Below, piece by piece: positions 1 through 10,100 of a stretch of 64,000 nt of DNA. The notes under the pieces are model-generated. The model was not told the origin of the DNA. It saw only the letters and a list, made by a program, of their open reading frames with translations, and did no database searches. The DNA is from Spirochaetia bacterium (GTDB lineage Bacteria; Spirochaetota; Spirochaetia; SZUA-6; Bin103). The stretch covers positions 3,584,001-3,648,000 of the forward strand of contig OZ241863.1 of assembly GCA_965203055.1 (NCBI GenBank), written 5' to 3'. Position 1 is the first letter of the stretch; each line of letters starts with the position of its first letter. The translations under genes and the position numbers were made by a program.

Positions 1-2
1 TC

Positions 3-1391
3 CGAAGCTCATGGTTGGAAAGCAAGGGCCGCCGCCTCGATTGCGGGCCATATATGTCGGGCGCGATCGAGGCGAGAGAACTCCTGAAGCGGTTGCCGGT
101 ACGGCGAGCCGAGCTCCGTTCCGTCACGCGCGGGCATGCCGGCGGTATCTACAATGGACCACAGTTTGTACGGAATTACGTCACCGATCCGATATACGGC
201 GTGCCCTTCTTATCGAGCAGCAGCATGTTGCACGCGGAGTTCCGCAACGTCGACCTGCTGCGCAAGTCCGATGCGGTTTCGTCCCGGTTGGCATACTTGC
301 AGCTTGAGGAAGGCACGACGTTGATCTCATGCTCCGGGACGATTGGCCGTATGGCGTACACGCGGCGAGAGATGGCAGGGATGTGGTCGTCTCAAGATGT
401 GTTGAAGGTCGTACCGGACCCGAACAGCGTTCGCCCTGGTTACCTCTATGCCTACCTGAGCAGTCGATTCGGGATCCCGCTGGTTACCGGCTCGACGTAC
501 GGCGCAATCGTTCAGCACATCGAGCCGGACCATCTTGTCGATCTACCAGTGCCGCTTGCGCCGCCAGCGGTTCAGGAAGAAGTGCATCGGCTGGTAACCG
601 AGGCGGGGGAATTGAGGACTTGGGCATCGGCCGAGCTACGGGCAGTCATTCGGGAGATCGAGGATGCCGCCGGCCTGCCGCCTCTGGGCCGCAGATACGA
701 CGGGACGCGGCCGGATACGTCGTCGGCGAAAGCCAGTGCACTCGGCAGCCGGATGGACGCCCTGTTCCACAGCGAATATCATCGGTCGATCTTGAAAAGA
801 CTGCTCCGGAAGCGACAGATTATTGTAGGGCAGATCGTAGACAGGGTATTCAAACCGCCGATGTTCAAGAAAGTACCTGCTGCAGATCGTCGGTTTGGAT
901 TGCCCTTGTTCGATACCGCTTCAATTATGCGTGCCGATCCAGATACGTCATACTATCTTTCCTCACGAACAAGAGGTATAGAAGGCTTGGTCCTGAACGA
1001 AACGACGGTACTGGTACCGGCTGATGGTCAGCGCAACGGCATCATCGGACATCCCGTTCTTCCGATAGGAGACGTCGTTGGCAGTACCGTTAATAACCAT
1101 GGTATCAGGTTGTTCTGTTCAAAGAAAGAAACTGCCGGCTTTCTGTTGGCGGCGCTTTCATCCGAGTATGCGCGGCGACAACTCAAAGCCCGCGCATATG
1201 GTTCGTCCATTCCATCACTTGACGAAGCGGGTGTGAGCGGAGTAGTGCTACCGCTACTTCACGACAAGCAGATGGAGGAACTCGGTCGCCGGGCATTCGC
1301 GGTGCGCACCGCTCGCCATGACGCGGTCATCAAAGAACGTGAGGCGCGATCTCTCCTGGAACGTTGGATCGAAGACCGGGGAGCCGCCTGA
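3..1391 (+). CDS. mad5: MADS specificity subunit MAD5 (type I HsdS-like, two TRDs); 5' end lies off-window
   Basis: Frame is open from the window edge (RSSWLESKGRRLDCGPYMSG…). Two HsdS-like halves (ISCSGTIGR…YLYAYLSS…YGAIVQHI; VLVPADGQ…FLLAALSS…YGSSIPSL). Stop overlaps the next ATG, and the gene order matches mad5-mad8. Confidence 0.8.
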   Translation, partial: RSSWLESKGRRLDCGPYMSGAIEARELLKRLPVRRAELRSVTRGHAGGIYNGPQFVRNYVTDPIYGVPFLSSSSMLHAEFRNVDLLRKSDAVSSRLAYLQLEEGTTLISCSGTIGRMAYTRREMAGMWSSQDVLKVVPDPNSVRPGYLYAYLSSRFGIPLVTGSTYGAIVQHIEPDHLVDLPVPLAPPAVQEEVHRLVTEAGELRTWASAELRAVIREIEDAAGLPPLGRRYDGTRPDTSSAKASALGSRMDALFHSEYHRSILKRLLRKRQIIVGQIVDRVFKPPMFKKVPAADRRFGLPLFDTASIMRADPDTSYYLSSRTRGIEGLVLNETTVLVPADGQRNGIIGHPVLPIGDVVGSTVNNHGIRLFCSKKETAGFLLAALSSEYARRQLKARAYGSSIPSLDEAGVSGVVLPLLHDKQMEELGRRAFAVRTARHDAVIKEREARSLLERWIEDRGAA

Positions 1392-4300
1392 TGGCGAAGG
1401 TGATCGCCATCGGCCAGCCGGTCAACGAGTCGGAGCGGGAGGCAGTTGCCTACCTGCGCGACCATCTGCCGGACAGCTTCACCGTCATTCACAACTTCGA
1501 GCTCAGGCAGGGGAATTCGGTCTTCGAGATTGACCTTGCACTGCTCGGTCCGCACTGCGTCCACGTAATCGACGTCAAGGGCACGCGCGGCCTGGTCGAT
1601 GTCTACGGCAGCAAGTGGTATCCCGAGGGGCGTGCGCCGTACCACTCGCCGCTTGCGCTCCTGCGCGGCCACGCCAAGGCGCTGAAGTCGCTCATCTGCG
1701 ACCAGCATCCCACCGACCGGGAGCTCCGCAGCGTCCATGTCGATGCCGCGGTGTTGATGACCGCACCCGACGTCCACGTGCAGGATCCGGGCGGCCACGA
1801 CGCGCCGGCGGTCGCCTATCTCAAGAAGTGCACTACGTTCTTCAAGTCTACCGCGCGCATTCCGGACAACAGGTCCGCCGACATCCGGCATCACTTCGGC
1901 AAGATACGGCGAGCCATCGTCGGGCGCGCGCAGCCCAGGAGCGCACCACCCTGCTACGGCAGCTGGCAGGTCGAGGAGAAGCTCGGGGGCACCGACCGCT
2001 ACACGGAGTACCGGGCCCGACACACACTGCTTGGTGCCAGACGTGGCGGTACTGCCCGCCTGCGCGTGTATCCGGTCGATCCGTATCTCCCGTCAGCGGA
2101 ACGCAAGCGCGAGCGGCGCCGGATCGAGAATGCCTTCCAGGCGGTAGCATCGTTGCCTGGTCACGCCCATATCCTCACCGTGCGCGATTTCTTCGCGAAC
2201 GAGGCTGAGGACCAGCTTGTGCTGGTCACCGAAGACGTGGCCGGGCACGCTCTGCGGCAGCACATCAAGAAGAGCGCGATGGCGCTCACGTTCGACCAAA
2301 AGATAGCAGTCGTTCGCGACACGTTGGCAGCGCTCGACCATGCGCACCGCAGCGAGCCCCAAGTAGTGCATCGCAACCTGACGCCGGATGCCGTGATCGT
2401 CAGCGCTTCCGGACGCACGCTGCTCTGCGGCTTCGACTACGCGCGCGCCGGCCAGGACCGTACCAGCACCATCGCCGGGGAAATTGCCGATGAACTCGAT
2501 CCGATGTATCAGGCGCCGGAGTGCGACAGGGATCCGTCCCAGGCGAGCGTGGCTTCCGATCTCTATGCCGCCGGGCTCGTCTTCTACGAACTGCTGGTGG
2601 GCGAGCCGGCATGGTCGTCGGTCGACGACATGATGAACAAAGACGCGGTCTTTCCGGTGAAGCCGTCCGAGTTGAAACAGGAGTTGAAGCCGGAATTCGA
2701 TGTCTGGCTGCAGGCGCTGTGCGCTTTCGACATCGAGGATCGACCGGCCTCCGCGGCCATCGCACTGACACAGTTCAACCGCATCGTCGGCCCCGACCCG
2801 CGCACCGGCGCCGTCAAGACCCAGCGGCCAATCATACCCGTGCCTGCGCAGCCGGACCTGGACTACGCAACGTTGCAGCGCGGAGACGTCCTTGCCGACC
2901 GCTTCCGGATTGAGGAAAACCTGGGCAAGGGCGGGTTCGCGGTCGTCTATCGCGTGTTCGACTCGTTTGCGGACACCAGCCGTGTCATGAAGATCATCGT
3001 CAAGGATCGCCGCTCGACGTTCGAGCGCCTGAAGCAGGAATACAGCATTCTGGTGCAGCTTCCGCCGCACCCAAACATGGTACGCGTGGTGTGGGCGGAC
3101 AAGCTGGCGCACGACACGCCTTACATCGTATTCGAATATGTCCCGGGGACTCCGGTGGCGGAACTGCTCGACAACAGCTCGCTCTCGCCCGACGACAGCA
3201 AGCGCGTCGGCTTGGACACCCTTGCCGGGATCCGGCACCTGCACGACAACGGCGTCTACCATCGCGACATCAAGCCGTCCAACCTGCTGTGGACCGACCA
3301 GGGCGTCCGCATCATCGACTTCAACGTCGCGGCGCACATCGAAGACGACGAATCGCGCCCCGGCGGTACGCGCCGTTACGTCCCCCCTGACCTGGATATC
3401 GGCGCGGCGATGTCCCCGCAAGAGAAGACCGATTGGGATCTGTTCGCTCTCGGCGTGACGCTGTACGAGTGCGCCACTGGACGCTATCCGTGGGAAGGGA
3501 ACAAACCCGTCTCGGACACGCTGCCCAGGGAACCCGCGGCCTACACCAGCGGCCTGGCGCCCGAGTTCGCGCAAGTGTTGCTGCATGCGATCGCTCCCCG
3601 CCGTGCGGATCGGTTTGCATCCGCCGCCGTGTTTCAGAAAGCGCTCGAGGTGGTCGCCACGACCCACAGAGCGCCGCCACCTGCCGTGTCGGAGGACGGA
3701 TCGGAAACGGATACCGGTGAGCTGCCGCTATTGCGTTCCCCTAAACCCAATTTCAATCCCTTCGTCAGCTACCTGCTGACGATGTACAGCCAGAGCCGGC
3801 GCAGCAACGCCCGCACTCGCGGTCTGGACGCCATCGGCCGCGAGACGTATGTCCCCACGCTGCTCGATGAGCAGCTTCGCACAGCGCTGCTCGCCGGTGA
3901 GTTTCGGCTGGTGGTGGTGACCGGCAACGCAGGCGACGGGAAGACCGCATTCATCCAGCAGATCGAGCGCTCCACCGAAGTGGCGGCCACACTGGTGAAG
4001 AAGTCGAACGGGGCAACGTTCTCCTGGGCGGGACGGCGCTTCATCACCAACCATGACGGCAGTCAGGATGAGGAGGGCACCGCCAACGATGAAGTGTTGC
4101 GAGCGTTCTTCGAGCCGTTCGAGGGCGACGACAGCGCCGGCTGGCCGCAGGACGAAACGCGGATCATCGCCATCAATGAGGGTCGGCTGGTGGACTTTCT
4201 TACCGAACACAAGGCACGATACCGGCGCCTGCGCAAGATCATGCTGGCCGGGCTGGACGGGAGTCTCCCCGAGGAGCGTGTGGCGGCGGTCAACCTCAAC

Positions 4301-5527
4301 CTGCGGTCAGTGGTCGCGTCGCCACCCCAGGCCGTCGGACCGGACGCTATCTTCGATCGCCTGTTACGACGACTCACTGCCGAGAAATACTGGGAGGCGT
4401 GCGCTGGCTGCGACCTTCGTGACCGTTGCTACGTGCACCATAACGCGCGCACGTTCATGGATCCTGTAGCCGGACCAAAAGTAGCAGAGCGACTCCGCGC
4501 TGCATATGCCATTACGCACCTTCGCGGACGAATGCACATTACGATGCGAGATCTACGGTCGGCGCTCGCGTTTACCCTTGCCGGCACCCGCGATTGCGAT
4601 CAGATACACGATCTGTACGCCACTACCCACGACGCCAGCCGCCACGAAATCCTGAACGGGTTCTACTTCAACGCTTGGCAGGGAGGCACAGGCTCGGCGG
4701 ATCGCCTGCTGGAACTGCTACGACAGATCGACGTGGGCACGGCGACCAACCCGACCCTCGATCGTGTCCTGGACTACTTGCCACCGGACGCCCGCGACAC
4801 GGACCGCTTCTCCTTCGCGGAGCGGGGCGACTACGATACACAGCTTCTAGCGCGGAGCTTCGGAGAACTTCCGCGCGACCTGTCGGGAGCGGCCGCCAGT
4901 CGCCGTATGGGCGATCATCGCGCGTACGTGGCGATGCTGCGCCGGCGGCAGTTCTTCGAGCGGCGCGACGAGGATTGGAAAGAGATGCTTCCATACCGCA
5001 CATACGAACAGTTCTGGGGCTTGGTGACGGAACAGACGCCCGCGGGCATCTATCGCGACCGGCTGCTTCTGGCGATCAACCGCGGAGAGGGCCTGAGCGA
5101 TCCCGGATGCCTCGGCAACGCGCTGGCGCTGCGCGTCCGGGAGGTCGAACGAGGCACGGTACGGAGCTACCGGCTGTTTCCGGGCGAGCGTTTCGAGTTG
5201 CAACTGCCCCAGTCATGGGACAATCGCTTCGTCGAGCATGTTCCGCAAGCGCTGCAGCTCATCTACGCGCCTTCCGGCGGCGCAGCGGCCGAGTTGGTCG
5301 TGAACCTTGACATCTTCGAGATGTTGTTGCGGCTGGCAGACGGCTACCGCCCGAGCCTTGAGGAACAGCAGGGCCACTATTTCGCGCTCACGGTATTCAA
5401 GAACGTGCTGTCTTCGGCACCCTACCAGGAGGTACTGGTGACTCCAACCGGCCACGATTTCTATCGGATCGAGCGGACGCCGGGCGGCGCGCTGAAACTC
5501 CAGAAGCTCGGTGAGGAGAGGAGTTGA
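1391..5527 (+). CDS. mad6: MADS protein kinase MAD6: NERD nuclease-like domain, two Ser/Thr kinase domains, P-loop domain
   Basis: NERD motifs (EIDLALLG…VIDVKG); kinase 1 HRNLTP; kinase 2 LGKGGFAVVY, HRDIKPSN, IIDFN; Walker A GNAGDGKT; CxxC..C cluster. ATG 1391 overlaps the upstream TGA. Confidence 0.85.
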   Translation: MAKVIAIGQPVNESEREAVAYLRDHLPDSFTVIHNFELRQGNSVFEIDLALLGPHCVHVIDVKGTRGLVDVYGSKWYPEGRAPYHSPLALLRGHAKALKSLICDQHPTDRELRSVHVDAAVLMTAPDVHVQDPGGHDAPAVAYLKKCTTFFKSTARIPDNRSADIRHHFGKIRRAIVGRAQPRSAPPCYGSWQVEEKLGGTDRYTEYRARHTLLGARRGGTARLRVYPVDPYLPSAERKRERRRIENAFQAVASLPGHAHILTVRDFFANEAEDQLVLVTEDVAGHALRQHIKKSAMALTFDQKIAVVRDTLAALDHAHRSEPQVVHRNLTPDAVIVSASGRTLLCGFDYARAGQDRTSTIAGEIADELDPMYQAPECDRDPSQASVASDLYAAGLVFYELLVGEPAWSSVDDMMNKDAVFPVKPSELKQELKPEFDVWLQALCAFDIEDRPASAAIALTQFNRIVGPDPRTGAVKTQRPIIPVPAQPDLDYATLQRGDVLADRFRIEENLGKGGFAVVYRVFDSFADTSRVMKIIVKDRRSTFERLKQEYSILVQLPPHPNMVRVVWADKLAHDTPYIVFEYVPGTPVAELLDNSSLSPDDSKRVGLDTLAGIRHLHDNGVYHRDIKPSNLLWTDQGVRIIDFNVAAHIEDDESRPGGTRRYVPPDLDIGAAMSPQEKTDWDLFALGVTLYECATGRYPWEGNKPVSDTLPREPAAYTSGLAPEFAQVLLHAIAPRRADRFASAAVFQKALEVVATTHRAPPPAVSEDGSETDTGELPLLRSPKPNFNPFVSYLLTMYSQSRRSNARTRGLDAIGRETYVPTLLDEQLRTALLAGEFRLVVVTGNAGDGKTAFIQQIERSTEVAATLVKKSNGATFSWAGRRFITNHDGSQDEEGTANDEVLRAFFEPFEGDDSAGWPQDETRIIAINEGRLVDFLTEHKARYRRLRKIMLAGLDGSLPEERVAAVNLNLRSVVASPPQAVGPDAIFDRLLRRLTAEKYWEACAGCDLRDRCYVHHNARTFMDPVAGPKVAERLRAAYAITHLRGRMHITMRDLRSALAFTLAGTRDCDQIHDLYATTHDASRHEILNGFYFNAWQGGTGSADRLLELLRQIDVGTATNPTLDRVLDYLPPDARDTDRFSFAERGDYDTQLLARSFGELPRDLSGAAASRRMGDHRAYVAMLRRRQFFERRDEDWKEMLPYRTYEQFWGLVTEQTPAGIYRDRLLLAINRGEGLSDPGCLGNALALRVREVERGTVRSYRLFPGERFELQLPQSWDNRFVEHVPQALQLIYAPSGGAAAELVVNLDIFEMLLRLADGYRPSLEEQQGHYFALTVFKNVLSSAPYQEVLVTPTGHDFYRIERTPGGALKLQKLGEERS

Positions 5528-7191
5528 TGGCGCTGAAGCGACGTGACCGCGAGTTTCGCCTGGAGAAGCTTTCCTACATCGACTTCAAGCCGCTCAACAT
5601 GGACCGGGTCCTGACCATGCTATTCCCCCGGCTGCGTTTCGGCGGCTACGGTACGCGCCGGCCGCCGCGTAGAAACGACCTCACGATTGGCGATTTTGCG
5701 GGCGAGTACATCAAAGACCCGGGCGCGTTCGTCGGATTTGAGGACTATCCCGACGTCGTAGAGCGCTGGATAGAGACCGATCTGATGGACGTAGTGAATC
5801 GAGGCAAGCCGAATCAGGCCCTTGCCGCGCCGCGTCCACTGCACGGAAACACCTATAAGTTCCGCAACGCGCGCCACGCACGAGATTACGGCGCCTCGGA
5901 ACAGCTCTATTGGATGCTCTATCACGCGCGTGGCGGGCGCGGACAAGCCGCTAGAGACGGCCTGACCCGTTTCTTCTTCCCCGGCGTGGATCCGCACACC
6001 GATCGATACGATACGTCGGCTAACGTCGACGTGGAGACGCAGGCGCTGCTGCACTTCGACCGCCAAGTCAGCGTAGACATGAGAGAGTCTCAGGAACCCA
6101 CGCGATTTCCACCGGTCTGCGTCGGGCAGGTCGATCTGCTCGCCGACGATGTGCTGCGCTTGCTCGCTTACGAACGATACGTACCGCGCTCGGTACTGGT
6201 GGAGTATCTGAAGACACTGTTCGCGTTCCACCTCGGTCTCTACTTCCTGCGCCTGACGAAGCTGCTCCCGGCGCTTGTGCGGCGACGGAGCGCCGACCCG
6301 ACCTGCGCACCCGCCAACTGCCCGGTGGTGCCGGAGCAGATGCTCGCTCACGGATGCTGCCCCTACCGGGTGTATCTGTTGGCCGACCTTGGCAGCAATC
6401 CGGATAGCCCGATGGCCGGCCTTGCCGAGCACAGCGCCGACGTCCACTACCGGCGCATTCCGAAGTACGTGCAGTCGAGCTACCTGCTCCGCAAGCTCGA
6501 CGAATTCGCTGACTACCTGAGCCATAAGGTAGGTAAGGCGGCAGTGCCGGCGGCCGGGTACTTCGGGATCGGCGATCTGCTTATGTTCCTGGAGCCGCAG
6601 CATGCCGCCGAGCGCGACAGCTATTTCAGGATGCGCTTGGCAGGCCTTCTTGAGGACACTGGCGGAGCGGTCGGTGATGACGTGGACCCCGAGATCAGGC
6701 GAGTATCTGAGATGGGATTGAGCGATCTCGATCTGTTCATCGAGGTGCTGATGGCGCTGCGCGGGCCATACCACAGAAGGTACATTACCGAGTTTCTGGA
6801 TTCCGTCTTCAAGCGACGCGACGCCGGTCTCATGCAGCAGCCCAAGGGTGGTGCGCGGCGCTTCGCGTTGAGTAGCCACCTGTTGGAGGTTCTGCTCCAG
6901 ATCGCGGTGCTGGAAACGTCAGGCTCTGGATTCACAACGCGTGACCTCCAGGTTGATGAATTGCTCACCTTCCTACGCGAGCGTTACGGTATCTACGTCG
7001 ACCGTCTGCCGCCCGGCGATGGGTTCGACACACCCGGAATCAACGATCTTACGGCACTACGAAGAAACGCGGAGGACTTCAAGGGGAGACTGCGGGAGGT
7101 AGGATTCTTTCGCGACCTTTCCGATGCATTCGTGACGCAGACAATTACCCCTCGCTATACCATCTCTTCGTCCGACGGAGAACTGACATGA
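5527..7191 (+). CDS. mad7: MADS protein MAD7
   Basis: About 554 aa, translationally coupled between mad6 and mad8. C-terminal LREVGFFRDLSDA resembles the DptG/MAD7 tail. Confidence 0.75.
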   Translation: MALKRRDREFRLEKLSYIDFKPLNMDRVLTMLFPRLRFGGYGTRRPPRRNDLTIGDFAGEYIKDPGAFVGFEDYPDVVERWIETDLMDVVNRGKPNQALAAPRPLHGNTYKFRNARHARDYGASEQLYWMLYHARGGRGQAARDGLTRFFFPGVDPHTDRYDTSANVDVETQALLHFDRQVSVDMRESQEPTRFPPVCVGQVDLLADDVLRLLAYERYVPRSVLVEYLKTLFAFHLGLYFLRLTKLLPALVRRRSADPTCAPANCPVVPEQMLAHGCCPYRVYLLADLGSNPDSPMAGLAEHSADVHYRRIPKYVQSSYLLRKLDEFADYLSHKVGKAAVPAAGYFGIGDLLMFLEPQHAAERDSYFRMRLAGLLEDTGGAVGDDVDPEIRRVSEMGLSDLDLFIEVLMALRGPYHRRYITEFLDSVFKRRDAGLMQQPKGGARRFALSSHLLEVLLQIAVLETSGSGFTTRDLQVDELLTFLRERYGIYVDRLPPGDGFDTPGINDLTALRRNAEDFKGRLREVGFFRDLSDAFVTQTITPRYTISSSDGELT

Positions 7192-10100
7192 GCGCACGGT
7201 TTCATGCGCCCCCTGCCTCCGACCTCGTTCACAGTCTGGAGGAACTGCTGGTACCACGTCTGGCCGCGGAGTTGAAGGCCCGGGAGCCGGGGCACTGCAT
7301 GAGTGTGCTCGACCTGGACGAAGAACTGATGGTGTCGCTCGTCAAGGGCATTCGCAGGCAGGTGCCAACGGCCAACGTGCACGTGCTCACAGACACGCCG
7401 GCCGCGACGGATGACGATCTCTATATTTCCTCGACGAAGCTAGTCGAACTGCGCAACCCGCTGCCGGACGGATCGTTACGCCCGCCGCTATGCGTATTCC
7501 TGCCGGCAAACTTGCGGACAAGCGCCGAAGATTCGTTTGGACGTACGACCTTTGAGGAGTTTCCGGTAGGCGACGTCTACGAGGATCTGCGGCGACGGTT
7601 GCTGGAACGCGTTCCTTCGACTTTGCAAGGGTACCTGCGGGACGTACTTCAGCTTCTCCATAAGCAGCGCTGGCGCTGGGGGGATACGGCGGCTCAGGTA
7701 AGATTTCTGTTGTGCGCGCATAAGAACGGCAACGACGGCGAAGCGTTCGGCGGCGCCCTCTATGAGTTAGGATTGGTTCCCGACTTCAAACTGTTCAACG
7801 ATCCGACCACGGCCTACGGGAGGGTACGCAAGAATTACGAATGCGTGAGGGGATTGACGAACGGAGATTCCTCGATACTCACCCGGGTGCTCAATCTGGG
7901 CCTCGTCAACAGGGGTCTTCAGCGGCGATTATCCGAGTACCTTGCAGATACCGGCGTAGAAGATCCGGTTATCTGGACGCGCGCCGTGGTCCTCGACTGC
8001 AAACATTGGGACCTGTCATTCGACAAATGGGAGTTCACTTCCGAGATTGCGCCGGAGGGAATCACGTTCGTGCGGGTAGAGACCGACCTGCCCGTGGTTC
8101 CCGATGAACCGCACGAAAACGACCAGCTGCTCGATCTCATCGGACAACAGGTTCTGATGCCGAGGGAGCGGAAAAAGATAGGCGTCGTCATCGAAGTAAA
8201 TCCGCACCCAGGCCAAGTTCGCGGGCTGCATCACTTTACGGTACAGATCATCTCACAGGAGTCGGGACCGGTTGGCGCCGCGCGCAGGCTAAAGGTCTGG
8301 AAGTCGGCCAAGACTCATGCCGCGGTCTCGCTGCTGAAGCTCAACAGCGTCGACTTCGAGGAGGGCTGGCATCTTGTCCGCGTACTGCCATGGACGGCGG
8401 ACGGCGATCCGATCCCGATCGAAGCGCCCTCTCAGACCGGAAAAGGCGCGAATGAGAGCGAACCGTTCTTCGTGCTGCCAAACGCGGACTTGGAGGAGGA
8501 CCCACCACAGCGGGCCGTGCCAACGGCTGACAGCGTCGAGCACGCCCGACTCGATCGGCAGTTCGCAGCACTCGCGCAGAACCGAGAATCCGCGGAGATC
8601 GCCCCGCACAGCGTCGGCTGGACCGAGCGCAGTACCAAGCGGCTCGCTGCCGCGCGCCGAACCATCGAGGTCAAGTTCGGCAAGGAAGGCGCATTCCAGA
8701 TTCCGATTTCCGGCTGGCCGAAAAACATCGAGCAGCGGATTCTGGAGACGCCGGAGCGACCGGTTAACTGGCGAATGCAGGTCCATGGGGGAGAACCGCA
8801 TGAGCCGACCGCCGACATCGGAGAGTGGAATGAATCGGCCGCGGCGCGTGGATTCCTCGACGCCCGCTCGAACTACTTCCGGTGCGTTACGCAGGACGCT
8901 AGCAATCTGGTCTCTCAGGGTCTCGACGTTTTGCGTAATGCGGCGTCGATACTCGCGTACGCGGCTTCCTACATTGACCTCCTCAAGGACCTCGCAAGTA
9001 AAGTGGAGCGTCAGAACGCCGACCAGCAAACCATGATCCGCTCCCTGCGTGAGGCGCTGGCGGTCGACACCGTCCGGCTGGTTATCGACGACTACCGCGG
9101 CCAGCCGCGCGAAGCCGCGTTGGTCGCGCCCACCCATCCGCTCCGCGCTCTCTGGCAGCTCGCCTGGGCTCAGCTTGGAGCGGACTGGGTGCGAAAGGCC
9201 GACAAGTCACCCCGTGAACACCTCGCGCCGTCGCGAGCCGCGCTGCTGCACGGGTTATCCTCCGTCAACTTCCCGGCGATGCTGCCGGTGACCGACGGTC
9301 GTGTGTTCACCGCGGTAGACAACATTCATCGGTTCTGGCCACTCTACGCTCCTGCCGGCGCGGATGATCCACGCGGGCTGATCGGCGACGTGTGCGCCGC
9401 CCTCGGGATGCCGGAGCCGTCCATTGGCGGCGCTGCGATCACTGGCGACATTCTGGCATCGCGCATCGAACGTTATCTGGTCCAGCATCCGTACGTGAGG
9501 ACACTGGTGCTCAACGTGTTCAATGCGGGACGCGCCAGTGTGCTCTCCGACGCCTTGGTTGTCCTGCAACGGCAGGAGACGTTTCACGACTTGAGCTACG
9601 ACGTGCGGTTGTTCGTACCCGATCCGAACGCACCCGGTGTCGGCGAATCGATCGATGCGCTGCTCACCGGTGAGGCCGCGGCCAGCCAGGAGTTCGCCAT
9701 CCCCGCGCGCAGTCACATCTTTCCGAAGCTCACCGTAGCCGTGCGCTCAACGGCGGACTTTCAAGCTGAACCTGAGCGATTTCGCTCGCACATCAGCATG
9801 CTGTTCGATCTATTCCCACCGGAAGAAGTGGCGGCAGGTCCGCCACTACGAACGGAGACCACGGTTGCGCTTCACGGGCTCGTTCAAGACTTCACCATCA
9901 GATTTCACGACGATGACAGCGGCATCGGGTGGGAACGGCAGCCCCGGCACGGTACACCTGCGCCGATAGACAGGGGTGAAGAAGCATCGTTACTTCTTGT
10001 TGAGTTATCCGCGCTGATCTCTGCGGCGACCGCAACCGTTGCCCGATCGACACCCGATTTCTCGGCACGGCCGATAATCCGTTTGGAACTGCGTCCGGCG

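Noticed and set aside
1391..5527. BREX type 2 PglW assignment
   Set aside because: NERD plus kinases is shared with PglW, but the P-loop C-terminus and the neighbours fit MADS, and no pglX/Y/Z is present.
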